64,000 nt of DNA, taken from the IMG/VR virus record IMGVR_UViG_3300037321_000115; one strand, 5' to 3'. Numbering within the stretch: position 1 is the first letter of the stretch; the number at the start of each line of letters is the position of its first letter. The notes beneath the pieces were generated by a model. The model made no database searches and had not been told where the DNA came from. It worked only from the letters and a program-made list of their open reading frames with translations. Both the position numbers and the translations under genes were made by a program. The DNA comes from a virus (Duplodnaviria; Heunggongvirae; Uroviricota; Caudoviricetes). Positions 54,361-63,650 of the stretch are shown here, piece after piece.

Positions 54361-57078
54361 ATGAAAATAGCACTTATTGATAAGATCGGCTTATGTTATG
54401 ATGGCACTACACTATCAAAACAAGGTCTTGGGGGCTCAGAGTCTGCTGTAACACTGATTTCTAAAGAACTAGCAGAACTAGGGTTTCACGTCACGGTTTT
54501 TAACAACTGTGATGACTCTTCCCGTTCTCAAGCTGGTACGTATGATAACGTTCGATACATTGACAACAAAGATGCAAAGTCGCACAACGAAACCTACGAT
54601 TCGGTCATAGTTTCGAGAACTGTCGAGCCATTTGTAAATAACGACTACCCATTCATACATACTGCTAACAAGAGGTTACTCTGGCTTCATGATACCTTTA
54701 TAGAAGGCGATCAGCTGGTAGAAGACCTTGTAATTTCTGGTAAAATCGACCACATATTTACTCTTTCTGATTGGCACACCTCGTATATTCTTACTTGCGC
54801 ACACGGTAAAAAGAGAAATTATGAAGTTCTCAAGAAGTCAATCTTTCAAACTCGCAACGGCGCTGTCTGTCACATTCCTGAAGTTGACATATCAAAAAAA
54901 GACAAGAACCATTTTGTTTACAATGCATCTGCAACTAAGGGAATGTTGCCTCTAGTACAACATATTTGGCCAGAGATTAAGAAACATATCCCAGAAGCAA
55001 GGTTGACCATTATCGGTGGGTATTACCGTTTCAGAGAAGGTGCCGAGCCTGATGCTCAGGAAAATACAGTTTCTGAACTAACAAACAGTCAAGATCTAAA
55101 AGATTTAGGTGTCACATTTACTGGGGTAATCCCTCAGCACGAAATTGCAGGAATACTTGCAAACGCATATATGATGCTGTACCCAGGTGCTTTCCCAGAA
55201 ACATTCGGCATATCGTCGCTTGAATCTCTACTGTATAGAACTCCTATCGTAACAACACGATTTGGCGCACTTGAAGAAACAGCAATTGATCTTGCGTGCT
55301 ATCAAATTGATTATGCAATTGAGCCTAACAATCTTTTTCCTCACATCAACAAAGAAGAACAGGTTAAAAAGTTTCTTGCTACATTCTTTAATGCCTATAA
55401 TAACCCATATGCTCATCAACAGAAGCAAAATTACTGCGATGTCATCAAGGATGTTTACGGATGGGATACAGTTGCTCTTCAATGGAAGCAATTCTTATAT
55501 AAGATCAATGACGAGTTTCTCTCCGTTGAAGACTATCAAAATGTCACTCGCATCAACGACAAGGTTTCTCGCGTGTTCGGAAGAACTAGCGAAATGCCAG
55601 TCAGAAAAGAGTATAGATCGTTCAACAACCAGAAAAGAATTTCAGTAATATCTCCGTTTTGGAACGCTGAAAAGTACATTCAGAAGAATATTCTTTCAAT
55701 TGCCCAGCAGGATTATGACAACTATACACACATTTTAATTGACGATTGCTCGGACGACAACTCGTTCGAAATAGCACAACAGACAATCAACTCTCTTTCA
55801 CACAATCTAAAATCAAAATTTCAGTTGATTAGAAATGAAGAAAATGAAGGTGCCATCGCAAATCAGATCAAAGCGGTGAGTGGTTGCAAACCAGACGACA
55901 TTGTGATGTTGTTAGACGGTGACGATTGGCTTATAAATAACAATACAATCTTCCATTACTACAACGACCTTTATGGTCAGGGCTATGAATTTACTTACGG
56001 GTCAATGTGGTCCGTTGCAGATAACATACCTCTGATAGCTCAAGATTATCCCATTGAAGTAAAGAAAACGAGATCTTATAGAGATCATCACTTCAACTGG
56101 AAAATTCCGTATACGCATCTCAGGACATGCTTGGGAGAATATTTTCCCACTCTTGATGTCGAAAAATTCAAAGTGAATGGAGAGTGGATGAAATCAGGGC
56201 ACGACAACCCTCTTTTCTATGAACTGATAGAAAGAATAGAACCAGAAAAGATCTATTGTAATAAGGAAATAGTCTGCAATTATAACGATGCAAACCCACT
56301 CAATGATTATAAGGTAAGTGGAGACGAGCAGAATAAAAATGCCAATCTTTCATACGAAAAAGATAAAAAGGATGCAACAGTGAAAACAATACTATTAGCA
56401 ATACCAACTAATAGATACATAGAGCCTGAAACTATGAAGTCAATATATAATATGACCGTCCCAGAAGGATACAAAGTAGACTTTCAGTATGCTTATGGAT
56501 ATCAAATCGACCAGATTCGAAATTTAATTGCTGAATGGACAAAGAGATATGATTATCTCTTTTCGGTAGACAGTGATATAGTACTACCTGAAGATGCACT
56601 CGTAAGAATGTTGTCTGCTGATGTGGATGTAATCTCTGGATTGTACATACAACGAATCACAAATACCCATACAGTTGAATTGTATATGGACACGCCGTCT
56701 GGCGGTATGACTAACATTCCTTACGAGATGCTCAAAGACAGAGGTGTTGTTGAAATTGCTGGATGTGGTTTCGGTGCATGTCTAGTAAAAGCAAATGTAA
56801 TACGCACAATGGAATACCCACATTTTTATTACACGTCAGCTCTTGAACATATCAACACCGTTTCTGAGGACGTTTACTTTTGCAAAAAAGCAAGAGACCT
56901 AGGATTTAAGATTTGGGCAGACACTTCGATTAAGTGCGAACACATAGGAAATCACACCTTCAAATTGAATGAGCAAATTGCTGTGGTCGAAAAGACAGAG
57001 CAGCCAGTCGAGTCACAAACAGTTGAAAAAGAAAATACAGTATCCGTAACACATAATGATACAAGGGTTTTTAGATAA
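54361..57078 (+). CDS. Three-domain glycosyltransferase (GT-B/GT4 plus two GT-A/GT2-like domains)
   Basis: GLGGSE and ETFGISSLESL (GT-B); ISVISPFWNAEKYI, IDDCSDD, LLDGDDW (GT2); VDSDIV, GCGFGACL, SEDVYFC (GT-A). Confidence 0.9.
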   Translation: MKIALIDKIGLCYDGTTLSKQGLGGSESAVTLISKELAELGFHVTVFNNCDDSSRSQAGTYDNVRYIDNKDAKSHNETYDSVIVSRTVEPFVNNDYPFIHTANKRLLWLHDTFIEGDQLVEDLVISGKIDHIFTLSDWHTSYILTCAHGKKRNYEVLKKSIFQTRNGAVCHIPEVDISKKDKNHFVYNASATKGMLPLVQHIWPEIKKHIPEARLTIIGGYYRFREGAEPDAQENTVSELTNSQDLKDLGVTFTGVIPQHEIAGILANAYMMLYPGAFPETFGISSLESLLYRTPIVTTRFGALEETAIDLACYQIDYAIEPNNLFPHINKEEQVKKFLATFFNAYNNPYAHQQKQNYCDVIKDVYGWDTVALQWKQFLYKINDEFLSVEDYQNVTRINDKVSRVFGRTSEMPVRKEYRSFNNQKRISVISPFWNAEKYIQKNILSIAQQDYDNYTHILIDDCSDDNSFEIAQQTINSLSHNLKSKFQLIRNEENEGAIANQIKAVSGCKPDDIVMLLDGDDWLINNNTIFHYYNDLYGQGYEFTYGSMWSVADNIPLIAQDYPIEVKKTRSYRDHHFNWKIPYTHLRTCLGEYFPTLDVEKFKVNGEWMKSGHDNPLFYELIERIEPEKIYCNKEIVCNYNDANPLNDYKVSGDEQNKNANLSYEKDKKDATVKTILLAIPTNRYIEPETMKSIYNMTVPEGYKVDFQYAYGYQIDQIRNLIAEWTKRYDYLFSVDSDIVLPEDALVRMLSADVDVISGLYIQRITNTHTVELYMDTPSGGMTNIPYEMLKDRGVVEIAGCGFGACLVKANVIRTMEYPHFYYTSALEHINTVSEDVYFCKKARDLGFKIWADTSIKCEHIGNHTFKLNEQIAVVEKTEQPVESQTVEKENTVSVTHNDTRVFR

Positions 57079-57785
57079 TGACACACGTATACGATAGATC
57101 CTACGCAACGAGAGAATTTCAAGAGCACGGCGAGACTTGGATCCAAGAAAGATTTAAAAATCAGTTTAAAACTATTTTTGACGTTGGTTCAAATATCGGC
57201 GAGTGGACTAACATGACGAGACAATATCAAGCGGACGCTGATATTCACATGTTCGAGGTAATACCAGATACATACCGAAGAATGCTTTCCAACATTGAAC
57301 TCGACGACAAGATGATCCCAAACAGTTTCGGTTTGTCTGATTCCGCTGGCTCAATCCCCATGAGATATAAAGCTTCTTATGACGCACTCAGCACTTCAAT
57401 TCTTGACTTGCAACTTGATGATAGCGAGATCAGAACAGGCCTCACAATGACAGGCGATCAGTATGTTGAAAGTAGACAAATTCAGCAAATTGATTATCTG
57501 AAAATTGACACTGAAGGTGCTGAAGGTAAAGTGTTTAAAGGGTTTGAAAATACACTCAAAGAAGGAAAAGTAAAAGTAATACAGTTTGAATATAGTTTTA
57601 TATGTGTGTTGACTAAATGGATGTTGATTGATAGTTATAAGTTCCTACAACCACTTGGTTTTACATTAGGAAAGCTGAAACCAGACAACGTTGAGTTCCA
57701 CGAGTATAGTCTGACCGACGAAGATTTTATTGGTCCAGATTACATCGCAGTTCACGATTCAGCAAAGGCTAACTTCGGGTTATGA
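57078..57785 (+). CDS. FkbM-family methyltransferase
   Basis: IFDVGSNIGEW, MFEVIP, IDYLKIDTEGAE. Confidence 0.9.
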   Translation: MTHVYDRSYATREFQEHGETWIQERFKNQFKTIFDVGSNIGEWTNMTRQYQADADIHMFEVIPDTYRRMLSNIELDDKMIPNSFGLSDSAGSIPMRYKASYDALSTSILDLQLDDSEIRTGLTMTGDQYVESRQIQQIDYLKIDTEGAEGKVFKGFENTLKEGKVKVIQFEYSFICVLTKWMLIDSYKFLQPLGFTLGKLKPDNVEFHEYSLTDEDFIGPDYIAVHDSAKANFGL

Positions 57786-58351
57786 ACTTTCCAGGCAATT
57801 GCTATTTTAACCACACTGAAAGGAAGATGTGGTTAGATATACCTAAGAATGCATCCAAAAGCGTTTCGCACGATCTAATGAGAATGGGTTGGAAAAATGG
57901 CAATTATATAAGAGATTCAATATACGATTATGAAGCAATAATTGTTGTTCGAGATGTGGTGGAAAGGTGGAAAGGTTCTACTATTGAAGTCTGCTACCAC
58001 CATTTACAATATAACAACTTTAAATTTGACAATTTTGCTGCTTGGTTCGAAAGGAAAAATTGGAAGAACTTCAAATCAATAGGCGACCTTCATCACCGGC
58101 CACTTTCATATTTCTGTAGAGACCTTACCAACCCAACATACATTGCGATGGATAAAAACTTCAAACTCAATATATCTAAAGCATTGGGCATCAATGACGT
58201 GAAAAAATACAACTCTACAATAAAAAATGAACATAAGCTCAAAGTCGAGCCTTATGTTAATGAGTTGCTTTCAGATCCCGCTTTTATTGAAGTGTTACTT
58301 GAATACTATAAGGAAGATCAAGTGCTGTTTCTAGATGCTTCAGCGACATAA
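57782..58351 (+). CDS. Sulfotransferase family 2-like protein
   Basis: DIPKNASKSV (5'-PSB-like), VVRDVVERWKG (3'-PB-like), HHRPLSYF, YYKED. Confidence 0.7.
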   Translation: MNFPGNCYFNHTERKMWLDIPKNASKSVSHDLMRMGWKNGNYIRDSIYDYEAIIVVRDVVERWKGSTIEVCYHHLQYNNFKFDNFAAWFERKNWKNFKSIGDLHHRPLSYFCRDLTNPTYIAMDKNFKLNISKALGINDVKKYNSTIKNEHKLKVEPYVNELLSDPAFIEVLLEYYKEDQVLFLDASAT

Positions 58352-58360
58352 CACCTTTTG

Positions 58361-58368
58361 TATAAATA
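58361..58368 (+). promoter_or_regulatory. T4-type late promoter
   Basis: TATAAATA upstream of gp13. Confidence 0.85.
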
Positions 58369-58389
58369 CAATAAAAAGGGGTGTGGACA

Positions 58390-59133
58390 ATGGCTCAGCC
58401 AAGCAACAGAGAAGAATTTAAAGAATATTTGCTTCGCAAAATCGGTGCTCCTGTTATTCAGGTGAACGTCTCTGATGAGCAGGTCGACGATCGTGTTGAT
58501 GAAGCAATTAGTTTTTTTAGAGATTACCACTACGACGGCTCGCAACTTATATATCTCAAGCATGCAATGACACAAGAAGACATTGATAATGGTTATATCT
58601 CTGTATCTCCTAGACTACTTGGGGTTACAAGAATCTTTAATCTGTCAAGTTCAATATCTACTGGGGCTGGCATGTTTAATGTGTCGTATCAGTTCGTGTT
58701 GAATAATTTGTCGGACGTCACAGGATATAACTTGACAAATTACGTCATGTCAATGCAACATTTAGAGTTTATTCAGGAAATGCTCGTAGGCACGCCTCTA
58801 ATCAGATATAACAGACACGTAGATAAACTTTTTATTGATATTGATGCTAAGAAATTTTACCCTGGAATGGTTATTATCATGGAAGCATATGACATTATAG
58901 ATGACACGCTATACTCGGACTTCTGGAGAGACAGATGGTTACAGAATTATGCAACCACTCTTGTAAAAGAACAGTGGGGCTTTAACCTTACAAAGTTTGA
59001 AAATATGCAGCTTGTCGGCGGTGTGACATTCAACGGAGCACAAATCCTAAGTGATGCACGTGAAGAGAGACTTCGCCTTGAAGAACAAGCAATTAATACA
59101 CTGCAACCACTTGTGTTCAACTTCATCGGATGA
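58390..59133 (+). CDS. gp13: T4-like neck protein
   Basis: MAQPSNREEFKEYLLRKIGAPVIQVNVSDEQVDDRVDEA; WLQNYATTLVKEQWGFNLTKF. Confidence 0.92.
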   Translation: MAQPSNREEFKEYLLRKIGAPVIQVNVSDEQVDDRVDEAISFFRDYHYDGSQLIYLKHAMTQEDIDNGYISVSPRLLGVTRIFNLSSSISTGAGMFNVSYQFVLNNLSDVTGYNLTNYVMSMQHLEFIQEMLVGTPLIRYNRHVDKLFIDIDAKKFYPGMVIIMEAYDIIDDTLYSDFWRDRWLQNYATTLVKEQWGFNLTKFENMQLVGGVTFNGAQILSDAREERLRLEEQAINTLQPLVFNFIG

Positions 59134-59223
59134 CCCTCAACCGCCCCCCTACTCTTTATTCTATAGAGGATAAATCCATTATACCACACATAGAAAACAT
59201 GTCAACAAAAAAGTGCACAAGAT

Positions 59224-59967
59224 ATGGCGACTAATGTATTTTTTCGGAACTATGACAACTTCAATGAGCAAAGTCTCATTGATGATCTAGTCATCGAATC
59301 CATCCAGATTCACGGACTGGATATGGTGTATATTGCCAGGTCTCTTCAAGCTGTAGATCAGATTTTAAACGAAGATGACTTGTCGATCTTCACAGCTGCA
59401 TATTCTGCTGAAATGTATGTTAAATCTGTAGATGGCTTCCAAGGCGAAGGCGACTTCCTAAGTAAATTTGGTTTGCAGATACGAGATCAGGCAACATTTA
59501 CAATTGCCCGTAGAACTTTTGAGCGATATATTACAAGATCAAATCCTCTCATTGAGAGGCCTAAAGAAGGCGATCTTATATATTTGCCACTTAATAGCAA
59601 GTTCTTTGAAATTGCATTTGTTGAACACGAATCGGTGTTCTACCAGACTGGCGCATTACAAGTTTTTGATATGAAATGTGAGCTGTTTGAATTTTCTGGA
59701 GAGCGGTTTGAAACCGGCTCACCTTCTATTGACGGTTTCTTTGATAGCATTAGAACAGATACTATCACTACACTTACTGGCCTCAATGACAGTGACCCAA
59801 TTGCAAAGAATATCTTCTTCGAAGAAGAAGCAGATGATATTATAGACTTCTCGGAAATAGATCCGTTCAGCGAAGTGATTCGTAGACCAGCAAACAACAA
59901 TGCAGTTACCGCAGACTCTACCAGTTTAACAGCAGACTCTACCAGTTTAACAGCAGATATAAATTAA
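59224..59967 (+). CDS. gp14: T4-like neck / head-closure protein
   Basis: EQSLIDDLVIESIQIHG, GFQGEGDFLSKFGLQIRD, RPKEGDLIYLP. Confidence 0.92.
   Translation: MATNVFFRNYDNFNEQSLIDDLVIESIQIHGLDMVYIARSLQAVDQILNEDDLSIFTAAYSAEMYVKSVDGFQGEGDFLSKFGLQIRDQATFTIARRTFERYITRSNPLIERPKEGDLIYLPLNSKFFEIAFVEHESVFYQTGALQVFDMKCELFEFSGERFETGSPSIDGFFDSIRTDTITTLTGLNDSDPIAKNIFFEEEADDIIDFSEIDPFSEVIRRPANNNAVTADSTSLTADSTSLTADIN
59910..59957 (+). repeat. 21-nt tandem repeat at the gp14 3' end (ADSTSLT x2)
   Basis: GCAGACTCTACCAGTTTAACA twice, then GCAGA. Confidence 0.85.
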
Positions 59968-59976
59968 GAGGATATC

Positions 59977-61233
59977 ATGACTAAACAAACAATAAATCTA
60001 GGAGCTGTTGCCAACGATGGCTCTGGTGATACTCTAAGAAATGCATTCGGAAAAATAAATCAAAACTTTACCGAAACATATGGAGGCCTCGTTACTGCTG
60101 TTAGCCAACTAGATAACGACACGGGATATCTGACATCAAACGCAGACCACATTATATTGACTGGAAGATATGGCTTGGGGACCACTACATCCTTTTCCAA
60201 TGTAGTGGATGTTTCTCTTGGTGATGCAATCGGCACTGGCATCACCATCAAGCGAAACTCTGCCACCGGCGCTATTTACAATTCAGAATTAGAAGCTGGT
60301 TATGATCAGGTGGTTAGAAATAGCCCACTGGGCACCGAGTGGAACGCAGATGGCTATGACAACTTGGACACTGTTAAAAATAGATACTATACCGATTTTA
60401 CAGAAGCGTTAAAGCACGCTGTTGATGCTAATGTTCTTAAAGCCGACCTGGTAATGCACGACACTATAAATGATAAGTATTATAAAGTAAAATTTACGCA
60501 GTGGGCAGTTGAAGTCGGCACATTTGGTTACAATAGAGCAGAAATTTTAGTTAATGCTTCAATGGGTGTAACCTTCCCGGACGGGACATACCAACCTACT
60601 GCATGGACAGGGGCATTTGGAAATTATAATACATCTTACATAGGTCAATATAGCGGACACGAGTTAAATGCGGAAGAAGGTGGTAATATCATTTATTTCT
60701 ACAACACGCATGTTATACTTACAGACAACACAGAAAACGATTGCCCAGTAGGAACATTCTACACGTTGATTGTAGGAGATGCAGCCCCTTCATCTCTCAG
60801 ATTGAAACAATATAGTAATTCAAGTACAGTTCTAACTTTAGAAACACAAATCGTTCCAGTCACAGATGAATATGGCAACGTTGATTACCCGTTAGACTCA
60901 CAGTCGATTGCTTTTCTGATTAAGACTGACGAAAACACGTGGACACTGTCTCCTTCAGGCATCCAGTCAACGTTAAACGGGTCTGTATATTCGACAAGTA
61001 ATGATTTGATGGTTGATGGTTCAAAAGGAAAAATAGTTGCAAGTGTTGACACTGCAATTGATTGGACCGTAGACGTCGCTGATGCTGTTTGGAAATTTGG
61101 AGTTGATGGCAATTTGACGTTCCCCGACACTTCAATACAATCGGGCGCTTCTATCAGCGTAACTGATTTAAAGACTCTGGTTGCAGATAGTGCTGATTTT
61201 GTAGACTTTCAGGCAAGAATAGCAAGTCTTTAA
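59977..61233 (+). CDS. Structural protein with T4 gp9/gp10-like N-terminal anchor motif
   Basis: MTKQTINLGAVANDGSGDTLRNAFGKINQNF. Confidence 0.7.
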   Translation: MTKQTINLGAVANDGSGDTLRNAFGKINQNFTETYGGLVTAVSQLDNDTGYLTSNADHIILTGRYGLGTTTSFSNVVDVSLGDAIGTGITIKRNSATGAIYNSELEAGYDQVVRNSPLGTEWNADGYDNLDTVKNRYYTDFTEALKHAVDANVLKADLVMHDTINDKYYKVKFTQWAVEVGTFGYNRAEILVNASMGVTFPDGTYQPTAWTGAFGNYNTSYIGQYSGHELNAEEGGNIIYFYNTHVILTDNTENDCPVGTFYTLIVGDAAPSSLRLKQYSNSSTVLTLETQIVPVTDEYGNVDYPLDSQSIAFLIKTDENTWTLSPSGIQSTLNGSVYSTSNDLMVDGSKGKIVASVDTAIDWTVDVADAVWKFGVDGNLTFPDTSIQSGASISVTDLKTLVADSADFVDFQARIASL

Positions 61234-61252
61234 TAAGATATAGGATAATAAC

Positions 61253-62053
61253 ATGTCAATTGTAAATCACTTCTATAACGGTTCTACTCGCCGTTACATT
61301 GCATTATTTGGATCTCTTTTTAATAAAATCTCTGTTACAAGAGATAATAATGGCAATGAAGAAGAGCAATTTATGGTAGTGCCTATTGCCTATGGCCCGT
61401 TCCAGAAATTTCTTGCTAGAGTAACACAAGATCCAGGACTGAATCGGCCACAAGCAATATCACTTCCTCGCATGGCGTTTGAAATTAATTCCATGTCTTT
61501 TGATGGTCAGCGTAAAACCAACTCGTTGAATAAACTGAGATCAACTTCAACCGACACTACGTTCATGTATTCTCCTGCTCCGTACAATTTAGAATTTACT
61601 CTTTACATTATGACCAAGCACGCAGAGGATGGCACAAAAATCTTGGAACAATTGCTTCCGTTCTTCAAGCCAGAATACACGTTTAGCGCAAGAATTATTG
61701 ACGATCTCCCAGCAATTGATATTCCTTTGATATTAAATTCTGTTTCCCTAGAAGACCTATATGAAGCAGACTTCGAAACGAGACGTTCGCTCATGTGGAC
61801 ACTTTCATTTACAATGAAGGGTTGGTTTTTTGGTCCGGAGAGATCTCGTGGTGTTGTAAAATTTGTCGATGTTAGAACACACAACGACGTAACACCAGAA
61901 GTTGCAACTTCTGGTCAGGTAACAGTCCAACCAGGACTGACAGTTGCAGGCGCACCTACTACCGACATCAACGAAACAATTGCATACGATGAAATAAATA
62001 TCGATGACGACTGGGGTGTGGTGCCATTGGTGAAGGACTATGAAGATGAATGA
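61253..62053 (+). CDS. gp15: T4-like tail sheath stabilizer / tail terminator
   Basis: HFYNGSTRRYIALFGSLFN, VPIAYGPFQKF, LPRMAFE, QLLPFFKP. Confidence 0.92.
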   Translation: MSIVNHFYNGSTRRYIALFGSLFNKISVTRDNNGNEEEQFMVVPIAYGPFQKFLARVTQDPGLNRPQAISLPRMAFEINSMSFDGQRKTNSLNKLRSTSTDTTFMYSPAPYNLEFTLYIMTKHAEDGTKILEQLLPFFKPEYTFSARIIDDLPAIDIPLILNSVSLEDLYEADFETRRSLMWTLSFTMKGWFFGPERSRGVVKFVDVRTHNDVTPEVATSGQVTVQPGLTVAGAPTTDINETIAYDEINIDDDWGVVPLVKDYEDE

Positions 62054-62510
62054 GAACCCAATAGATGCTGCACTTGGACTAAGGCCAATGGGTGATGCTC
62101 TAGCTGACGAGCGCTCCGCACCTACTGACGACTCAGACGTACTGCCTATATTGATTGATGACACCTCCAACATAGTGGTTCCTGTCAATGTAGAAGCGGA
62201 CGAGACATATAGAGACATCGAACAGGCAAGATCAAACATCAAAAATATTATAGAGAAGGGCGACGAATCTCTTAAAGAAATGATTGAGCTTGCTAAGCAA
62301 TCAGAGTCTCCAAGAGCGTTTGAAGTTGCATCCGGCCTGATGAAAACGCTTCTTGATGCAAACAAAGACTTTGTAGATATGTCTATGAAGAAAAAGTATC
62401 AAAGAGAAGAACTAACTGGATCTAAAGAACAAGCTCAGACGAATGTTACAAATAACAATTTGATAATATCTACTGCTGACCTGTTGAGGATGATGAAAGG
62501 TGAAACCTAA
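62040..62510 (+). CDS. gp16: T4-like terminase small subunit
   Basis: QSESPRAFEVASGLMK, TNVTNNNLIISTADL. Confidence 0.9.
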   Translation: MKMNENPIDAALGLRPMGDALADERSAPTDDSDVLPILIDDTSNIVVPVNVEADETYRDIEQARSNIKNIIEKGDESLKEMIELAKQSESPRAFEVASGLMKTLLDANKDFVDMSMKKKYQREELTGSKEQAQTNVTNNNLIISTADLLRMMKGET

Positions 62511-62559
62511 TGAAATGCTGTAACTCAGAACATATTATAAGATCGCTGCAGGCATTATA

Positions 62560-63447
62560 ATGACAGAAGGTTATCTTGGAAACCAACACCTCAAGAAGTC
62601 TGGTACCGCAATTGAATGGACGCCGGAATTACTACAAGAGTACATGAAATGTGCCAACGATCCGGTATATTTTGCCAAGACATATATAAAAATTGTGCAC
62701 GTAGACAAAGGGCTTATACCGTTTGAAATGTACGGTTACCAAGAGGAAATTGTCCGTAAAATTACAGATAATAGAAGAGTTGCGGTGTTGACAGCAAGGC
62801 AAAGTGGCAAAACCACAACTGCCGCAGCCGTGATTCTACACTATATTCTATTTAACGAATATAAGACAGCAGCAATCCTTGCAAATAAAGGTGACTCTGC
62901 AAGAGAAGTTCTCAATAGAATTCAGCTTGCGTACGAGGCGCTTCCTAGGTGGCTACAGCAAGGTGTAGAGGAGTGGAACAAAGGCTCTATAGAATTAGAA
63001 AACGGTTGTAAGATATATGCGGGCACTACGTCATCAAGTGCAATTCGAGGCAAGTCAATCTCGTTTCTGTATCTCGACGAGGTCGCGTTTATCGAAGGGT
63101 ACGATGAATTCTTCGCCTCCGTTTATCCTACAATTTCGTCCGGTGAGACAACAAAATTATTAATGACTTCAACTCCAAATGGCATTAACCACTATTGGAA
63201 AACCTGTAAAGGTGCAGAGGAAGGCACCAACGGATATGAGTTTGTACGTGTTATGTGGAATGATGTCCCAGGCAGAGGCGAAGCTTGGAAACAGGAAACT
63301 CTCGAAGCTCTTGATCACGACCAAGACAAGTTTGCGCAAGAATATTGCTGCGTGAAGGGCAACACTCAAATCACCATAAGAGACAAAGAAACAGGCGAGA
63401 TAAAAACGATCTTCATAGAAGAACTTTATGAAAATTTGCACTTGTGA
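62560..63447 (+). CDS. gp17: T4-like terminase large subunit, N-terminal (ATPase) fragment ending in a 32-aa N-intein
   Basis: YLGNQHLK, ARQSGKTT, YLDEVAF, STPNG; then FAQEYC|CVKGNTQITI...ELYENLHL-stop. Confidence 0.92.
   Translation: MTEGYLGNQHLKKSGTAIEWTPELLQEYMKCANDPVYFAKTYIKIVHVDKGLIPFEMYGYQEEIVRKITDNRRVAVLTARQSGKTTTAAAVILHYILFNEYKTAAILANKGDSAREVLNRIQLAYEALPRWLQQGVEEWNKGSIELENGCKIYAGTTSSSAIRGKSISFLYLDEVAFIEGYDEFFASVYPTISSGETTKLLMTSTPNGINHYWKTCKGAEEGTNGYEFVRVMWNDVPGRGEAWKQETLEALDHDQDKFAQEYCCVKGNTQITIRDKETGEIKTIFIEELYENLHL
63349..63444 (+). mobile_element. Split intein N-fragment (IntN, 32 aa)
   Basis: Starts with Cys1 in a block-A-like CVKGNTQI and ends with IFIEELYE; stop codon follows. 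Confidence 0.88.
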
Positions 63448-63458
63448 ATTCCTCGATT

Positions 63459-63466
63459 TATAAATA
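63459..63466 (+). promoter_or_regulatory. T4-type late promoter inside the fractured gp17 locus
   Basis: TATAAATA 11 nt after the gp17-N stop codon. Confidence 0.8.
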
Positions 63467-63542
63467 AAATAGGATGGAGATGAGAAAACACACGTGTACA
63501 AATCGCGGCGAACGACTCCAGAAGAAAGAATAGAGGAGATTT

Positions 63543-63564
63543 AACGAGAAGTCCGCTTCTCGTT
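63543..63564 (+). other. Perfect 9-bp hairpin in the spacer between the intein halves
   Basis: AACGAGAAG-TCCG-CTTCTCGTT. Confidence 0.75.
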
Positions 63565-63650
63565 CTGTGGCGCGCTGAAACATGTGATGTGGTGCCGGCT
63601 GCTATAAGAACAACACCATAGAGAAAAGGCATTCCCACAAAGGACCTACC

